Positions 18,101-26,677 of a stretch of DNA of 32,000 nucleotides are shown one piece after another. Every line of letters begins with the position of its first letter. Within the stretch, counting starts at the first letter, position 1. This DNA comes from Candidatus Peregrinibacteria bacterium (lineage in GTDB: Bacteria; Patescibacteriota; Gracilibacteria; CAIRYL01), in NCBI GenBank assembly GCA_016220175.1, contig JACRHZ010000017.1, positions 25,782 through 57,781 on the forward strand, given 5' to 3'. Under the pieces are notes generated by a model that was not told the origin of the DNA, searched no databases, and saw only the letters and a program-made list of their open reading frames with translations. The position numbers were made by a program, and so were the translations under genes.

Positions 18101-18763
18101 GAGTTTTTTCAGAGATCTCTCAATAATCGCTGAGCAAGAAGCACAATGCATCCCAGAAATGGACAAAGAAATTCTTTTATTCGGATCTTTTTCAATAGGC
18201 CCCATCTTTTCTTTCCCATTTCCGAAGGATGATACTTGTTCAGTCGTTCCATTTTCTCCGATATCGAGAAATTTTGCGGAATTCATAATGTTCAAGAAGT
18301 CGTCAATAAACCTTTCCTTTTCCTTGATTCCTTTCGGAAGGGTAAACTCTGCTCTTTTTTTTCTCTGTATTTGACCCTCAAAAGAACTTCTTCCGTTCTC
18401 GCCGGTTTCTATTTTCCCATCCGCTTCAAGTATTGATTCGAGTTGTATATGCACTGGAGAACCGGAATTTCCTTCATGAAGAATAATTTCAGTTGGATTC
18501 GTATCGTTTTTCTTTTTCTCCTCGGAAATAGGAGATTCGTTTTTAAGAACGTGAGCGTCATACCCTTCTTTCTTGATGACATCAATTACTTTCTGCATGT
18601 TTGAAATTTTCTTCGGATCATACTCAATTTCCGAAGTACCATTCGCGTAGGACACTCGTACATCTTTTATTCCGGGAATATCGCTCAGTGCTTCTGTGAG
18701 AAGCTTTTCACAGGAAGTGCAGTGCATACCACTAATTTTGAGAGTTGTTTTTTGAGAAGACAT
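15149..18763 (-). CDS. copA: Cu(I)-translocating P1B-type ATPase with two N-terminal HMA domains and an atypical 257-aa C-terminal extension
   Basis: GMHCTSC and GMHCASC HMA motifs. [12 protein letters not shown] ([11 protein letters not shown]), [20 protein letters not shown]7 YN and TM8 MALSS, which together give the Cu+ signature. One extra TM helix ([22 protein letters not shown]) is followed by a tandem-repeat domain. I prefer the ATG at 18763; the ORF is open to a GTG at 18805. Confidence 0.92.
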   Translation of the reverse strand: MSSQKTTLKISGMHCTSCEKLLTEALSDIPGIKDVRVSYANGTSEIEYDPKKISNMQKVIDVIKKEGYDAHVLKNESPISEEKKKNDTNPTEIILHEGNSGSPVHIQLESILEADGKIETGENGRSSFEGQIQRKKRAEFTLPKGIKEKERFIDDFLNIMNSAKFLDIGENGTTEQVSSFGNGKEKMGPIEKDPNKRISLSISGMHCASCSAIIERSLKKLESVKTANVNFAAEKASVVFDETKNSIQDVMNAVKKAGYGVEILSETDTGAERKKREMTISHYFHKFIFSLVLSLPMLYFMLLDFFKWLPGGNFFPPYIGIISLILTIPVQFYAGSGFYKGAWSSLKMRTFNMDSLIAIGTSTAFFYSLGNYLVSSFNNFSVLGLNGEKVPDLYFETAAFLITFVLLGKWLESKAKGRTSDAITKLMGLQAKTARVVRNGSVKDIPIDEVTHGDIIMVRPGEKVPVDGVIMKGSSSLDESMISGESIPVEKTVGDMVIGATINKTGTFEFEAQRIGSETTLAQIIRLIEEAQGSKAPIQAFADRISSWFVPAVIGIAILTFIIWYFLLGASLSFALLAFTAVIVIACPCALGLATPTALMVGTGKGAENGILIKGGEPLEAARNITTLIFDKTGTLTKGKPEVTDVVSFGTGDEEDVLQIAASLEKLSEHSLAESIYASAEEEGVTFSEVEDFQAIPGHGVTGKIENVEYFLGNRKLIAEYALLEMSKIERKIVKLEEKGKTVMILASKSEILGCIAVADTVKETSKEAITKLIRMGLEVYMITGDNMRTAKSIADEVGITNVLAEVLPEDKAREVKKLQELGKKVAMVGDGINDAPALAQANLGIAMGSGTDVALEAGGIVIIKNDLRDVVTALKLSRETMGKIKQNMFFALFYNVIGIPIAARVFASFGLILKPELAGLAMALSSVSVVLNSLLLRNFKPRKRNYISMIAPVFMVLLFTFAFWQFAVTSSRMSKEPTLGTAESAVISQINRNIAQKKFKMAFSPEGTPKVFTDSRLIPQITASEGKITIDGTFETLVGAEEAKVMKKENLFQKAGDEIVDFFGLPSVKISGVLAPTGTFLDISHLLSPEAFTQISGNPIKLELAGENIKKFYVIFGPGSIPSRLVNEIQFEDLRSISLGKNKYVPVILGATEAKIMLSENLFTKEGDLLDDFFGNKVIITKILPSTGTLLDEMHFVSTEFSW

Positions 18764-18840
18764 AGGAGGGAGAAAAAAAGAGAAAAAATATAAAAGATTG
18801 TTCACGAAAGGGAGATATTTACTGAGAGGAAATTTTGAAT

Positions 18841-18898
18841 TTTGTCTGGCATTGCGGGATTAAATTTTTAATAAATTCCAATCTCTAATTTTTAAAAT
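18841..18898. repeat. AT-rich element, copy C (half element, copZ-copA spacer)
   Basis: tttgtctggcattgcgggattaaatttttaataaattccaatctctaatttttaaaatac aligns along its length with 12722-12783 of copy A at roughly 80% identity by eye. It has the same plus-strand orientation although the flanking genes are on the minus strand. Confidence 0.75.
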
Positions 18899-18905
18899 AC
18901 TGTAT

Positions 18906-19106
18906 TTAGAGCACCTTGTAATCAGTGCCTTCCAAGGCTGAGAGGAGTTCTGTTTTTTCGATTTGGCGATCTGAGGAAATTCCAAGATTTCCACTTAATT
19001 CGAGTGATACCTCAGTAACATTTTGTATTTTTTGCAATCTTTTTTTTATGAGTTTTACACATGCTTCGCACGTAATGCCGGTGATAGTAAAAGAGGATGA
19101 AAACAT
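18906..19106 (-). CDS. copZ: CopZ-like copper chaperone (single HMA domain)
   Basis: 66 aa, beta-alpha-beta-beta-alpha-beta sized. Metal-binding GITCEAC motif. Directly upstream of copA on the same strand. Confidence 0.85.
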   Translation of the reverse strand: MFSSSFTITGITCEACVKLIKKRLQKIQNVTEVSLELSGNLGISSDRQIEKTELLSALEGTDYKVL

Positions 19107-19139
19107 AAAAAATAAATAAAAGAGAAGAAAAGTGTGTTT

Positions 19140-19154
19140 ACCATTACCTATGGT
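19140..19154. promoter_or_regulatory. putative CsoR operator upstream of copZ-copA
   Basis: ACCATTACCTATGGT, identical to 21255-21269. Contains the palindrome TACC-TAT-GGT. It lies 34 bp upstream of the copZ start. Confidence 0.5.
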
Positions 19155-19215
19155 GGAGGTTGTTAAAAATGTAAAAAAATAAAGAACTGCATTTCTCTAA
19201 AATACAAGCGTTCTT

Positions 19216-20955
19216 TTACAGTACTTTTATGATTCCCCTGGGAACTCCCATGCCGCACGTGATCGGATAGTCTCCTTTTTTTTGCGGAGTAAATTCCATG
19301 GCAATCGTTTTTCCTTTTTCCAGATATTCTGGGTAATTATACAGTCCTGGGATCATGATTGTGGACATACACCCAGATCCATTTTCTCGAACGTCCACTT
19401 CGAGCCGCACTGGCTTTCCTGAAGTGACCGTAAACTCATATGGAGAAATATCTTGATTTGAAGAGATATATGTTGTCTTCAGAAGTTGAACATCCGCAGA
19501 ACTCTGGAGTGGCGCTTTAGAAGTGTTGGTATTCACATTTTGAGATGGAGCAATTTCCTTTTCTTGTAAATTTTCTCCTGAGGCCTCAGATGATGAGCTC
19601 TTCGCGTCAACAACAGTAAATTCTCCCCGGTACATTCCCATGGAACAGCTGAATTTTATTGTTCCCACTTCTTCAGGAGTGAACTCCACAATATTCTCTC
19701 CCTTCTTCAGACTCTTCGTAATTCCGAGTTTTGAAACGGAAAGGGAAGCAGCACAACTGTACATATCCTGAGCGTCTATAATCCATTTTACAGGAACTCC
19801 TTTCGTTACGGTGAATGAACGCGGAGAATACCCAGAAGCCGTTTCTTTCATCTTCGCAATCTGAACTCCATTCTCAAGAGAAATATTCGCCTCCTTTGGC
19901 GCAAAAAAAGTGCTTTTCCCAAGATCAAATGACCATCCTGTCAAATTGTATCCATTCGAAATATTAAAAAAAGCGAGAGCAATGACGATTATTCCAGCAA
20001 ATTTAAAGAATCTTCTTGCAAAAATTCCTTTAATCACAGATGTGAGACCTCCAATTCCGAGGAGTCCCGGAGCGGTTCCAATCGCAAAAACAGACATAAT
20101 GAGCGCTCCTGATAAGAAATTCCCCGTGCTCATTGCATAAAGCTGCATTGCTTGCGTAAACCCGCAGGGAAGAAAAAAAGTAAGAGCTCCGACAAAGAGT
20201 GAATTATAGTGGCTATATTCTTTCTCATGATGTTTTCGAATACCAAAAAGTCTGCTGATTCCAGAAGGAAGAGTGAGGGAAAGATGTGAAAATTTCGGAA
20301 AAATTTCAAGGAGTTTTATTCCGAGAAAGAGCATAACCATGCCGACAAAAATAGTTATTATGCCGAGCACAGGCCCTGACAACTGAAACACTTGTCCCGC
20401 CATACCAATAATTCCTCCGAGAAGAAAATACGATGAAATTCTTCCAATATTAAAATAGAGATGGGGACGAAATTTTTGAAGAGGTGTCGCTTCCGGATGT
20501 TTTTCTGCGTGCCGCGTCGAAATTCCGAGAACAAGTCCGCCGACGAGTGCCATGCATGTCGAAAGTCCCGCAGTAATTCCCACGAGAAGTACGAGAAAAA
20601 GATTTGATGGATCTCCATTTCCCACATTAATGGAAAAAAGTCCAAACCATGAAGCAACAAAATAGAAAAAAATGACAAAAACGAACCCAAGACCGATATC
20701 CTTATAATCGTCGACATTCGTACTGATCCAACTTTGTTTTTTTTCTTCTCCTATTTCATATCCGGCATTTTTGATCGCCTCTGTTACCTTTTCCATATCA
20801 AGATCAGATTCGGAAAAAATTTCAGCATTTTTATGTTTGAGGTTAACATACACCCTTTTTACACCACTGATTTCTTGAAGAGCATCTCCTATCAGCATTG
20901 TGCAGGATTTACAGTGCATTCCTTGAATAGGAACAACGGTTTTTTTCATAAGCAT
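19216..20955 (-). CDS. HMA domain / 7-TM DsbD_2(CcdA/TauE-like) membrane domain / two C-terminal cupredoxin-like domains
   Basis: N-terminal VVPIQGMHCKSC. About 7 hydrophobic helices with intramembrane Cys (LSTCMAL, FLPCGFTQ). Two C-terminal repeats end in FSCSMGMYRGEFTV and ITCGMGVPRGIIKV. I use the ATG at 20955; the track starts at a TTG at 20958. Confidence 0.8.
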   Translation of the reverse strand: MLMKKTVVPIQGMHCKSCTMLIGDALQEISGVKRVYVNLKHKNAEIFSESDLDMEKVTEAIKNAGYEIGEEKKQSWISTNVDDYKDIGLGFVFVIFFYFVASWFGLFSINVGNGDPSNLFLVLLVGITAGLSTCMALVGGLVLGISTRHAEKHPEATPLQKFRPHLYFNIGRISSYFLLGGIIGMAGQVFQLSGPVLGIITIFVGMVMLFLGIKLLEIFPKFSHLSLTLPSGISRLFGIRKHHEKEYSHYNSLFVGALTFFLPCGFTQAMQLYAMSTGNFLSGALIMSVFAIGTAPGLLGIGGLTSVIKGIFARRFFKFAGIIVIALAFFNISNGYNLTGWSFDLGKSTFFAPKEANISLENGVQIAKMKETASGYSPRSFTVTKGVPVKWIIDAQDMYSCAASLSVSKLGITKSLKKGENIVEFTPEEVGTIKFSCSMGMYRGEFTVVDAKSSSSEASGENLQEKEIAPSQNVNTNTSKAPLQSSADVQLLKTTYISSNQDISPYEFTVTSGKPVRLEVDVRENGSGCMSTIMIPGLYNYPEYLEKGKTIAMEFTPQKKGDYPITCGMGVPRGIIKVL

Positions 20956-20963
20956 CAAAAAAA

Positions 20964-21230
20964 TTATTTACTAAAAAGTTTTGTTACTTGAAGTATTTCT
21001 TCAATCATTTTCTCCTTCTTGTCGACTCTATTTGACTGCATTGCATGACTAAAACAACTCTTGAGATGACCTTCCATCAGCATTTGGTGGGCTGATTTGA
21101 GGAGACCAATCACCGCAAGGTTTTGTTGCATAATGTCTATGCAATATGCGTCATCTTCTATCATCGACATAATCTTTTCTAAGTGACTTTTCGCTTTTTT
21201 AAAATTGATAATGACTTTTTCGTTATGCAT
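20964..21230 (-). CDS. csoR: CsoR/RcnR-family metal-sensing repressor (copper-type C-H-C ligands)
   Basis: 88 aa all-helical protein. KKAKSHLEKIMSMIEDDAYCIDIMQQ...HLKSC fits the CsoR x-C-H-C pattern. Heads the copper cluster. Confidence 0.85.
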   Translation of the reverse strand: MHNEKVIINFKKAKSHLEKIMSMIEDDAYCIDIMQQNLAVIGLLKSAHQMLMEGHLKSCFSHAMQSNRVDKKEKMIEEILQVTKLFSK

Positions 21231-21254
21231 AAGGAAAAAAGAAAGGGGATTTAC

Positions 21255-21269
21255 ACCATTACCTATGGT
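21255..21269. promoter_or_regulatory. putative CsoR operator (autoregulatory) upstream of csoR
   Basis: ACCATTACCTATGGT with the full palindrome TACCTATGGTA (21260-21270). It lies just downstream of the candidate -10. Confidence 0.5.
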
Positions 21270-21277
21270 ACAGGTAT

Positions 21278-21306
21278 ATAGTACTCTTGATTTTTGTTGC
21301 AGTCAA
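21278..21306 (-). promoter_or_regulatory. candidate sigma70-like promoter of the csoR operon
   Basis: On the minus strand: TTGACT (21306-21301), 17-nt spacer, TACTAT (21283-21278). Confidence 0.4.
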
Positions 21307-21390
21307 TACATTATATAAATTCAGCAACGCAGTCTTGTCTTTTTCCCTATTTTTCGTCACAATTCTCACAGTGACTTTTAGAAAAAAATT

Positions 21391-21687
21391 ATGTCCGATG
21401 ACACTTCTTCACATGAAAATGACTCACGCGCGGGGAAGCGGAAAAAGCAGGGAAAGCTCGATAAAGTTCTCATGGGGATCGTAATTGGAGGAGCCATAGG
21501 TTCAGTCCTTGGTATGACGCTTTCTCCCAAATCAGGGAAGGAGAATCGCGATTATGTTTTCAAAAAAAGTTCGGAAACATGGGAAAAAAGCAGAGCTCTT
21601 CTCGGAGAGATTGTTACGAAAAAGCAGCAAAAGAAAGGTTTTTGGCATCGTCTCAATGAATTCATTTACCGCAAAAAACAGAAGTAA
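21391..21687 (+). CDS. YtxH-like small membrane-associated protein
   Basis: GIVIGGAIGSVLGMTLSPKSGKENRDY matches the YtxH signature (G-rich helix followed by APKSGKETR). Confidence 0.6.
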   Translation: MSDDTSSHENDSRAGKRKKQGKLDKVLMGIVIGGAIGSVLGMTLSPKSGKENRDYVFKKSSETWEKSRALLGEIVTKKQQKKGFWHRLNEFIYRKKQK

Positions 21688-21731
21688 CATGTGATATTTT
21701 CTGATGTGTTCTATTATCGAAATTTTGCAAC

Positions 21732-23030
21732 ATGAGAGAACTTTCGCCTTTCACGCATCCATTTCGAGGGAAAATTTCAGTTCCCGGCTCAAAGTCTCTT
21801 ACCAATAGAGCGCTCCTTCTCGCTGCTCTCGCTCCAGGGCAAACAATCTTGAAAGAATGGCTTTCCAGTGAAGATACAGAGGTGATGATAACCGCACTCC
21901 GAGAATTTGGTGTGGATATATATTTTGAGGGAAAAGAAAGGGAACTTACAATTGTTGGCACTTCTGGAAAATTTCAAAATAAAAGCGATCTAGAGATTTT
22001 TTGTGCAAATTCTGGAACATCACTTCGCTTTCTCACCGCAGTTTCTGCGCTTCGAAGTGGAAAAACTCTTCTCACCGGAGCACCTCGCATGAAAAAAAGA
22101 CCGCTTCGTGATCTTTCGGATGCGCTTTCACAAATGGGGGTTCTCCTGAATTATCCGGAAAAAAAAGGGTTTCCTCCCATACAAATTTTAGGAAATCAAG
22201 TCCTTCAGGGAGGAGATATTCACATCTCTGGAAAAACTTCTTCACAGTTTCTGAGTGCGCTCCTTCATATTGCTCCATTCGCTGGAAACCCAGTTCGCAT
22301 TACTTTGAAAAATGAACTGGTTTCTGAGCTATATGTTCGCATGACAATTGGACTCCTTGAAAAATTTGGAGTACATGTGCGTCAGAATGAGAGGAGTACT
22401 GAATTCTGTATTGACCCTCAGCCACTTTCTTCCCCAGGCGAGGTTCATATCGAAGGCGATGCTACCTCAGCCACATATCCACTCGGAATCGCACTCGCAA
22501 CTCAGGGGAGTATTATTGTACAAAATATTTGTTCAAACTCGCTACAGGGAGATGCATATTTTCCCGAAAAAGTTCTCAAAAAAATGGGAGCAATGGTTCA
22601 AATGTCTTCTGACGGGATTTTTCTCACTGCACCTCAGAATCTTCTCCCGCTTGACGATATTCATCTCGGAGAAATGCCAGATGCCGCTATGACGGCAGTT
22701 GTACTTTCTGCGCTTGCAAAAGGAGTTTCTCGAATTTCTGGGCTTTCCACCCTTCGTGATAAAGAGTGTGATCGAATCTCTGCACTTGTTTCGAACTTAG
22801 CGAGCATGGGAGCCAATGTTCTTTCGGGAAAAGATTTTATTGAGGTTCATGGTGATCCACTTGAGCTTCATGGGGCAGAAATTGAAACATTTCATGATCA
22901 TCGTATCGCGATGTGTTTCTCGATCTTGGGAGCTGTAATTCCTGACGTCCGAATTCTCCATCCCGAATGTGTGGAGAAGACCTATCCCACATATTGGCAG
23001 GAGTATGAGGAATGGAGGGGGCAATTTTAA
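21732..23030 (+). CDS. aroA: 3-phosphoshikimate 1-carboxyvinyltransferase (EPSP synthase, class I-like)
   Basis: VPGSKSLTNRALLLAALA N-terminal motif. 432 aa, with LRDKECDRI and HDHRIAMCFSILG near the C-terminus. Confidence 0.92.
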   Translation: MRELSPFTHPFRGKISVPGSKSLTNRALLLAALAPGQTILKEWLSSEDTEVMITALREFGVDIYFEGKERELTIVGTSGKFQNKSDLEIFCANSGTSLRFLTAVSALRSGKTLLTGAPRMKKRPLRDLSDALSQMGVLLNYPEKKGFPPIQILGNQVLQGGDIHISGKTSSQFLSALLHIAPFAGNPVRITLKNELVSELYVRMTIGLLEKFGVHVRQNERSTEFCIDPQPLSSPGEVHIEGDATSATYPLGIALATQGSIIVQNICSNSLQGDAYFPEKVLKKMGAMVQMSSDGIFLTAPQNLLPLDDIHLGEMPDAAMTAVVLSALAKGVSRISGLSTLRDKECDRISALVSNLASMGANVLSGKDFIEVHGDPLELHGAEIETFHDHRIAMCFSILGAVIPDVRILHPECVEKTYPTYWQEYEEWRGQF

Positions 23031-23060
23031 ATTTTGAAATTTAAAATTAAAAAGCAAATT
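23023..23060. repeat. AT-rich element fragment, copy D (aroA-aroK spacer)
   Basis: Shares the 19-mer aattttaaattttgaaatt with 13640-13658, then aaaattaaaaagcaaatttct. Confidence 0.5.
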
Positions 23061-23086
23061 TCTTCTCAGTTTAAACAACTACGAAT

Positions 23087-23650
23087 ATGTCTCGCAACAT
23101 TGTTTTCACCGGCATGAGAGGAAGTGGAAAGTCTCATTTTGGGAGCGAATTTGCGAAAAAAAATTGGTATAGGTTTGTTGATACCGATCAGGAAATAGAA
23201 AAGAGAGCAGGAAAAAAAATCGCGGAAATCGTTGCACAAAATGGCTGGGGCACATTTCGAAAAATGGAATACGATGTCTGCAAAGAACTTTCTTCCGTGG
23301 AAAACACGATCATTTCTGTTGGTGGAGGAACAGTGATGCAGAAAGAAAATGTTGAACTTCTCAAAAAAAATTCAATTTTTGTTTTCCTCTACGCTCCGCC
23401 TAAAGAGCTCTTTCGAAGGCTGGAAAAATCAAAACATAAGAGACCGCCCTTAAGGAAAGGACTTTCCCTTCGTGAAGAAATTCAGGTTATTTGGCAAGAG
23501 AGAAGAGCCACTTTCTTTGAAACTGCAGATTTTGTGTTTTGCTTTTTGTTTTTTTCTTCTGATCCGAGAGAGAATGTGTCCAAAAATGTAGGAGTTCTCC
23601 AAAGGCTTGTGGATAGTATTTTTCATAAAAATATGGTAAAATATAGATAG
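23087..23650 (+). CDS. aroK: shikimate kinase
   Basis: Walker A GMRGSGKS, then FVDTDQEIE and VGGGTV motifs. Directly downstream of aroA. Confidence 0.85.
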   Translation: MSRNIVFTGMRGSGKSHFGSEFAKKNWYRFVDTDQEIEKRAGKKIAEIVAQNGWGTFRKMEYDVCKELSSVENTIISVGGGTVMQKENVELLKKNSIFVFLYAPPKELFRRLEKSKHKRPPLRKGLSLREEIQVIWQERRATFFETADFVFCFLFFSSDPRENVSKNVGVLQRLVDSIFHKNMVKYR

Positions 23651-23663
23651 TACAAATACACAT

Positions 23664-25325
23664 ATGTCACCCTCATCATCCATTGCCGTCGCCTACTTTT
23701 CCATGGAATTCGCTTTCGATGCGAAATTTCGGAATTATGCAGGAGGACTTGGAGTTCTCGCGGCTGACATGATGCATTCCTGTGCGGATATGAGCATTCC
23801 AGCAGTCGGAGTTTCTCTCATCTATCACAAGGATGACAACCCAGAAAAAGCTCTCAATTTTGAGAAGTATATGAAGAGACTTTCCATTACGGTCGATGTT
23901 CAAGTTGAAGATCGACCGGTAAAAGTTGGAGTTTTTGAGTACACGGTAAAAAGCGATATAGGAAAATCTCTTCCCGTCTATTTTCTCACCACATATCTCC
24001 CTGAAAATAAGCGTTGGGATCGAGATCTTACCAAATTTCTGTATGCAGGAGACGAATATACACGCATCGGACAGGAAACAATTTTGGGAATAGGTGGAGT
24101 AAAAATGCTTCGAGCGCTCGGGTACAATCACATTGAAAAATTTCATATGAATGAAGGGCATTCAGCATTTCTTACCTTCGAGCTTCTTAAAGAATGTGCC
24201 TACCATGATGCGGATGTTCGAAAAATGTGTACGTTTACGACACACACTCCCATTCCTGCGGGACATGATTATTTTGACTATCATCTCGCGGAACGTGTCC
24301 TTACTTCGATACTTCCGTGGCATATTAAAAATATTGCGACGAGTGATCGCCTCAGCATGACACATCTCGCTCTCAATTTGTCGGAAAAAGTGAACAGCGT
24401 TTCAGAGAAGCATAATGAGGTATGTCACCAAATGTTTCCAGAATATTCCTTTGAAAACATTACGAATGGAATTCATCATCTCACATGGATTTCAGATTCC
24501 ATGGCAAAACTCTTTGACAGTTCTTTTCTTCATTGGAGAGAACGCCCATCAGAGCTTTGTGATGCTGAGAATACTCTCTCGGGAGAAAAGGTTTGGCAGG
24601 CCCATCAAAAAAATAAAAAAGAACTCGTGAAATGGATTAACGAACACCCGGAGTATTACATTTTTTCCCCTGAAAAATACAAAGAAGATTTTTTTGATGA
24701 AAACACTCTCACGATTGCATTTGCAAGAAGATTTGTTCCGTACAAAAGACCAACGCTCATCTTTCGTGATATTGATCGTCTTCGCGAACTTGGATATCGA
24801 AAAATTCAAATGGTATTTTCGGGGAAATGTTATGAGTTTGACCAGTTCTGTAATTGGCAAAAAGGGAATCTTCAAAAATTTGAGAAAATGCTTCGCGGAC
24901 AAATACGCATTGCGGTCATCTCGGATTATAATGTTGATATTGCTCAAAAACTCATTTCTGGAGCAGATATGTGGCTCAATAATCCAGTTCGTCCTCTGGA
25001 AGCCAGCGGAACAAGCGGGATGAAAGCCGCTCTGAATGGACTTCTTAATATTTCCGTTCTCGACGGATGGTGGATTGAAGGATTTGCTCTGAATCCGATG
25101 GCAGGGTGGGGATTTGGGGAAAAATCAAATGGGCTTGATGAGAATTCTCGCGACAATATGGACGCTCACGAGCTTTATGAAAATTTAACAGATGCTGTCA
25201 ATTGCTATTACCATCGTCCAGAAGAATGGAGAAAACGCATGAAAGCCGCAATCTCTCTGATTCACTATTTTAATACGAACAGGTGCGTCGAAGAATACAT
25301 GAAGAAAATGTGGAGTTTCGCGTAA
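23664..25325 (+). CDS. glgP: alpha-glucan (glycogen/maltodextrin) phosphorylase, short GT35 form
   Basis: IAVAYFSMEFAF...GGLGVLAADMMHS N-terminus. PLP-lysine motif EASGTSGMKAALNG. Confidence 0.88.
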   Translation: MSPSSSIAVAYFSMEFAFDAKFRNYAGGLGVLAADMMHSCADMSIPAVGVSLIYHKDDNPEKALNFEKYMKRLSITVDVQVEDRPVKVGVFEYTVKSDIGKSLPVYFLTTYLPENKRWDRDLTKFLYAGDEYTRIGQETILGIGGVKMLRALGYNHIEKFHMNEGHSAFLTFELLKECAYHDADVRKMCTFTTHTPIPAGHDYFDYHLAERVLTSILPWHIKNIATSDRLSMTHLALNLSEKVNSVSEKHNEVCHQMFPEYSFENITNGIHHLTWISDSMAKLFDSSFLHWRERPSELCDAENTLSGEKVWQAHQKNKKELVKWINEHPEYYIFSPEKYKEDFFDENTLTIAFARRFVPYKRPTLIFRDIDRLRELGYRKIQMVFSGKCYEFDQFCNWQKGNLQKFEKMLRGQIRIAVISDYNVDIAQKLISGADMWLNNPVRPLEASGTSGMKAALNGLLNISVLDGWWIEGFALNPMAGWGFGEKSNGLDENSRDNMDAHELYENLTDAVNCYYHRPEEWRKRMKAAISLIHYFNTNRCVEEYMKKMWSFA

Positions 25326-25331
25326 TTATCG

Positions 25332-26675
25332 TTATTTATAATTTGCATCTGCAAACCAATTTTTCAATGAGGAAGTAGCGGTATTTGGAAAAATGCGGAA
25401 TGTTTTGAGTACAAATTTATCTATAAACTTTTGAACAGCGCCATTATCAGTTGTTCTCCCGAACTCATATCCTTTTTCCTTTGCAATCCGTTTTACACGG
25501 CTATCATATTTCCCGCCGGGATAAACGATACACAAGATTTCTTTTCCGAGCTGCCCTTCCAAAATATTTTTTGATTTCTCAAATTCAGTGGCAATATTTG
25601 CTTTTGAAAGTTTTTGAAGATCCTGATGTTGATCAGTATGCGAACAAATTTCATGCCCAGATTCAGATAATTGTTGAATCTCTCCCCAATTCATATACCA
25701 CGGATCTGTTCCCGGTTTTCCTGTGATAATTGCAAAATTCCCTTTCATTTTGTATTTTTCCAGTAATGGAAATGCATTTTCAAAATTATTTCCATACCCA
25801 TCGTCAAACGTCAGCATTACCGATTTTTTGGGAAGGATTTTTTTCTTTTTGAGAATAAGATCGAGATCTGAAAAGGTGAGTGTCTCGACTCCATTGTTTT
25901 GAAAAAATTGCAGAAATTCTTCCAATTTTTTTAGGGAAATGGAAAGTTTATAGTATGTCTGATCAGGATCATTTTTGGGGACATCTAAGACATGATGAAA
26001 CATGAGAATAGGAAGATACACTTCTCTTTTTTGAATATCTTTTGTAAGGATATTTTTCTCAGAATCAAAAAAAGAAGACTCTTTTCCTTCTACATTTTCT
26101 CGAAGTCGGTACACCATTTCGATCACTTCAGCACGTGTGAGAAAGTGATCAAATTTTAATACAGAAGGGGGAATCGCATTTTTTTCTGAGAGTGCTTTCG
26201 CAAATGGGGCATACCACTCACCGCCCTGATGCTCTTCTAAATGAAAAAATTTCACCAAAGTTTTTGCCGCTTCCACAAATGAAAGAGGTCTCTCTCCATG
26301 AAATGTTCCATCCGGATATCCATCAATATATCCCTTTTGTTTTGCATTACAAACGAGTGGAGCAAACCATTGATTTGAAGCAACATCGAGAAATGTGTTC
26401 GTATGTTCAGGGCAGAGTTCTGTTCCCAGTTTTGTGGGGTCAATATTTTCGAGTATTTTTACAAATTCTGCTCGATTTATCCGAGTATTTGGACGAAAAG
26501 TCCCATGTGCATATCCTTCTACGAGATGATGCGATGCTGCGTATTCTATAGATTCGGCATAAGCACTAGAATCCAAAACATCTGAAAAAATATGTGCTCC
26601 AAAAGAAATTTCTGTATTTCCAAAAATGCTGATGAGAAAAAAACTAAATACAGAAAAATATCTCCATTTCATCAT
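25332..26675 (-). CDS. secreted SLH-domain (x3) polysaccharide deacetylase (CE4)
   Basis: Signal/anchor MMKWRYFSVFSFFLISIFG. SLH repeats FSDVLDSSAYAESIEYAASHHLVEGYAHGTFRPNTRINRAEF and FLDVASNQWFAPLVCNAKQKGYIDGYPDGTF, plus a third degenerate copy. CE4 motifs LTFDDGY and SHTDQH. Start set at ATG 26675 so it does not overlap asnS (the ORF track extends to 26750). Confidence 0.85.
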   Translation of the reverse strand: MMKWRYFSVFSFFLISIFGNTEISFGAHIFSDVLDSSAYAESIEYAASHHLVEGYAHGTFRPNTRINRAEFVKILENIDPTKLGTELCPEHTNTFLDVASNQWFAPLVCNAKQKGYIDGYPDGTFHGERPLSFVEAAKTLVKFFHLEEHQGGEWYAPFAKALSEKNAIPPSVLKFDHFLTRAEVIEMVYRLRENVEGKESSFFDSEKNILTKDIQKREVYLPILMFHHVLDVPKNDPDQTYYKLSISLKKLEEFLQFFQNNGVETLTFSDLDLILKKKKILPKKSVMLTFDDGYGNNFENAFPLLEKYKMKGNFAIITGKPGTDPWYMNWGEIQQLSESGHEICSHTDQHQDLQKLSKANIATEFEKSKNILEGQLGKEILCIVYPGGKYDSRVKRIAKEKGYEFGRTTDNGAVQKFIDKFVLKTFRIFPNTATSSLKNWFADANYK

Positions 26676-26677
26676 AG

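Noticed and set aside
15149-21230. The copper cluster as a mobile resistance island
   Set aside because: No integrase, transposase, tRNA target or flanking direct repeats are present. The composition looks like the rest of the window. The flanking AT-rich repeats belong to the general intergenic family seen elsewhere.
21287-21484. 65-aa ORF overlapping the start of the ytxH-like gene
   Set aside because: It lies out of frame with the YtxH-motif ORF, has no motif, and begins inside the divergent promoter region.
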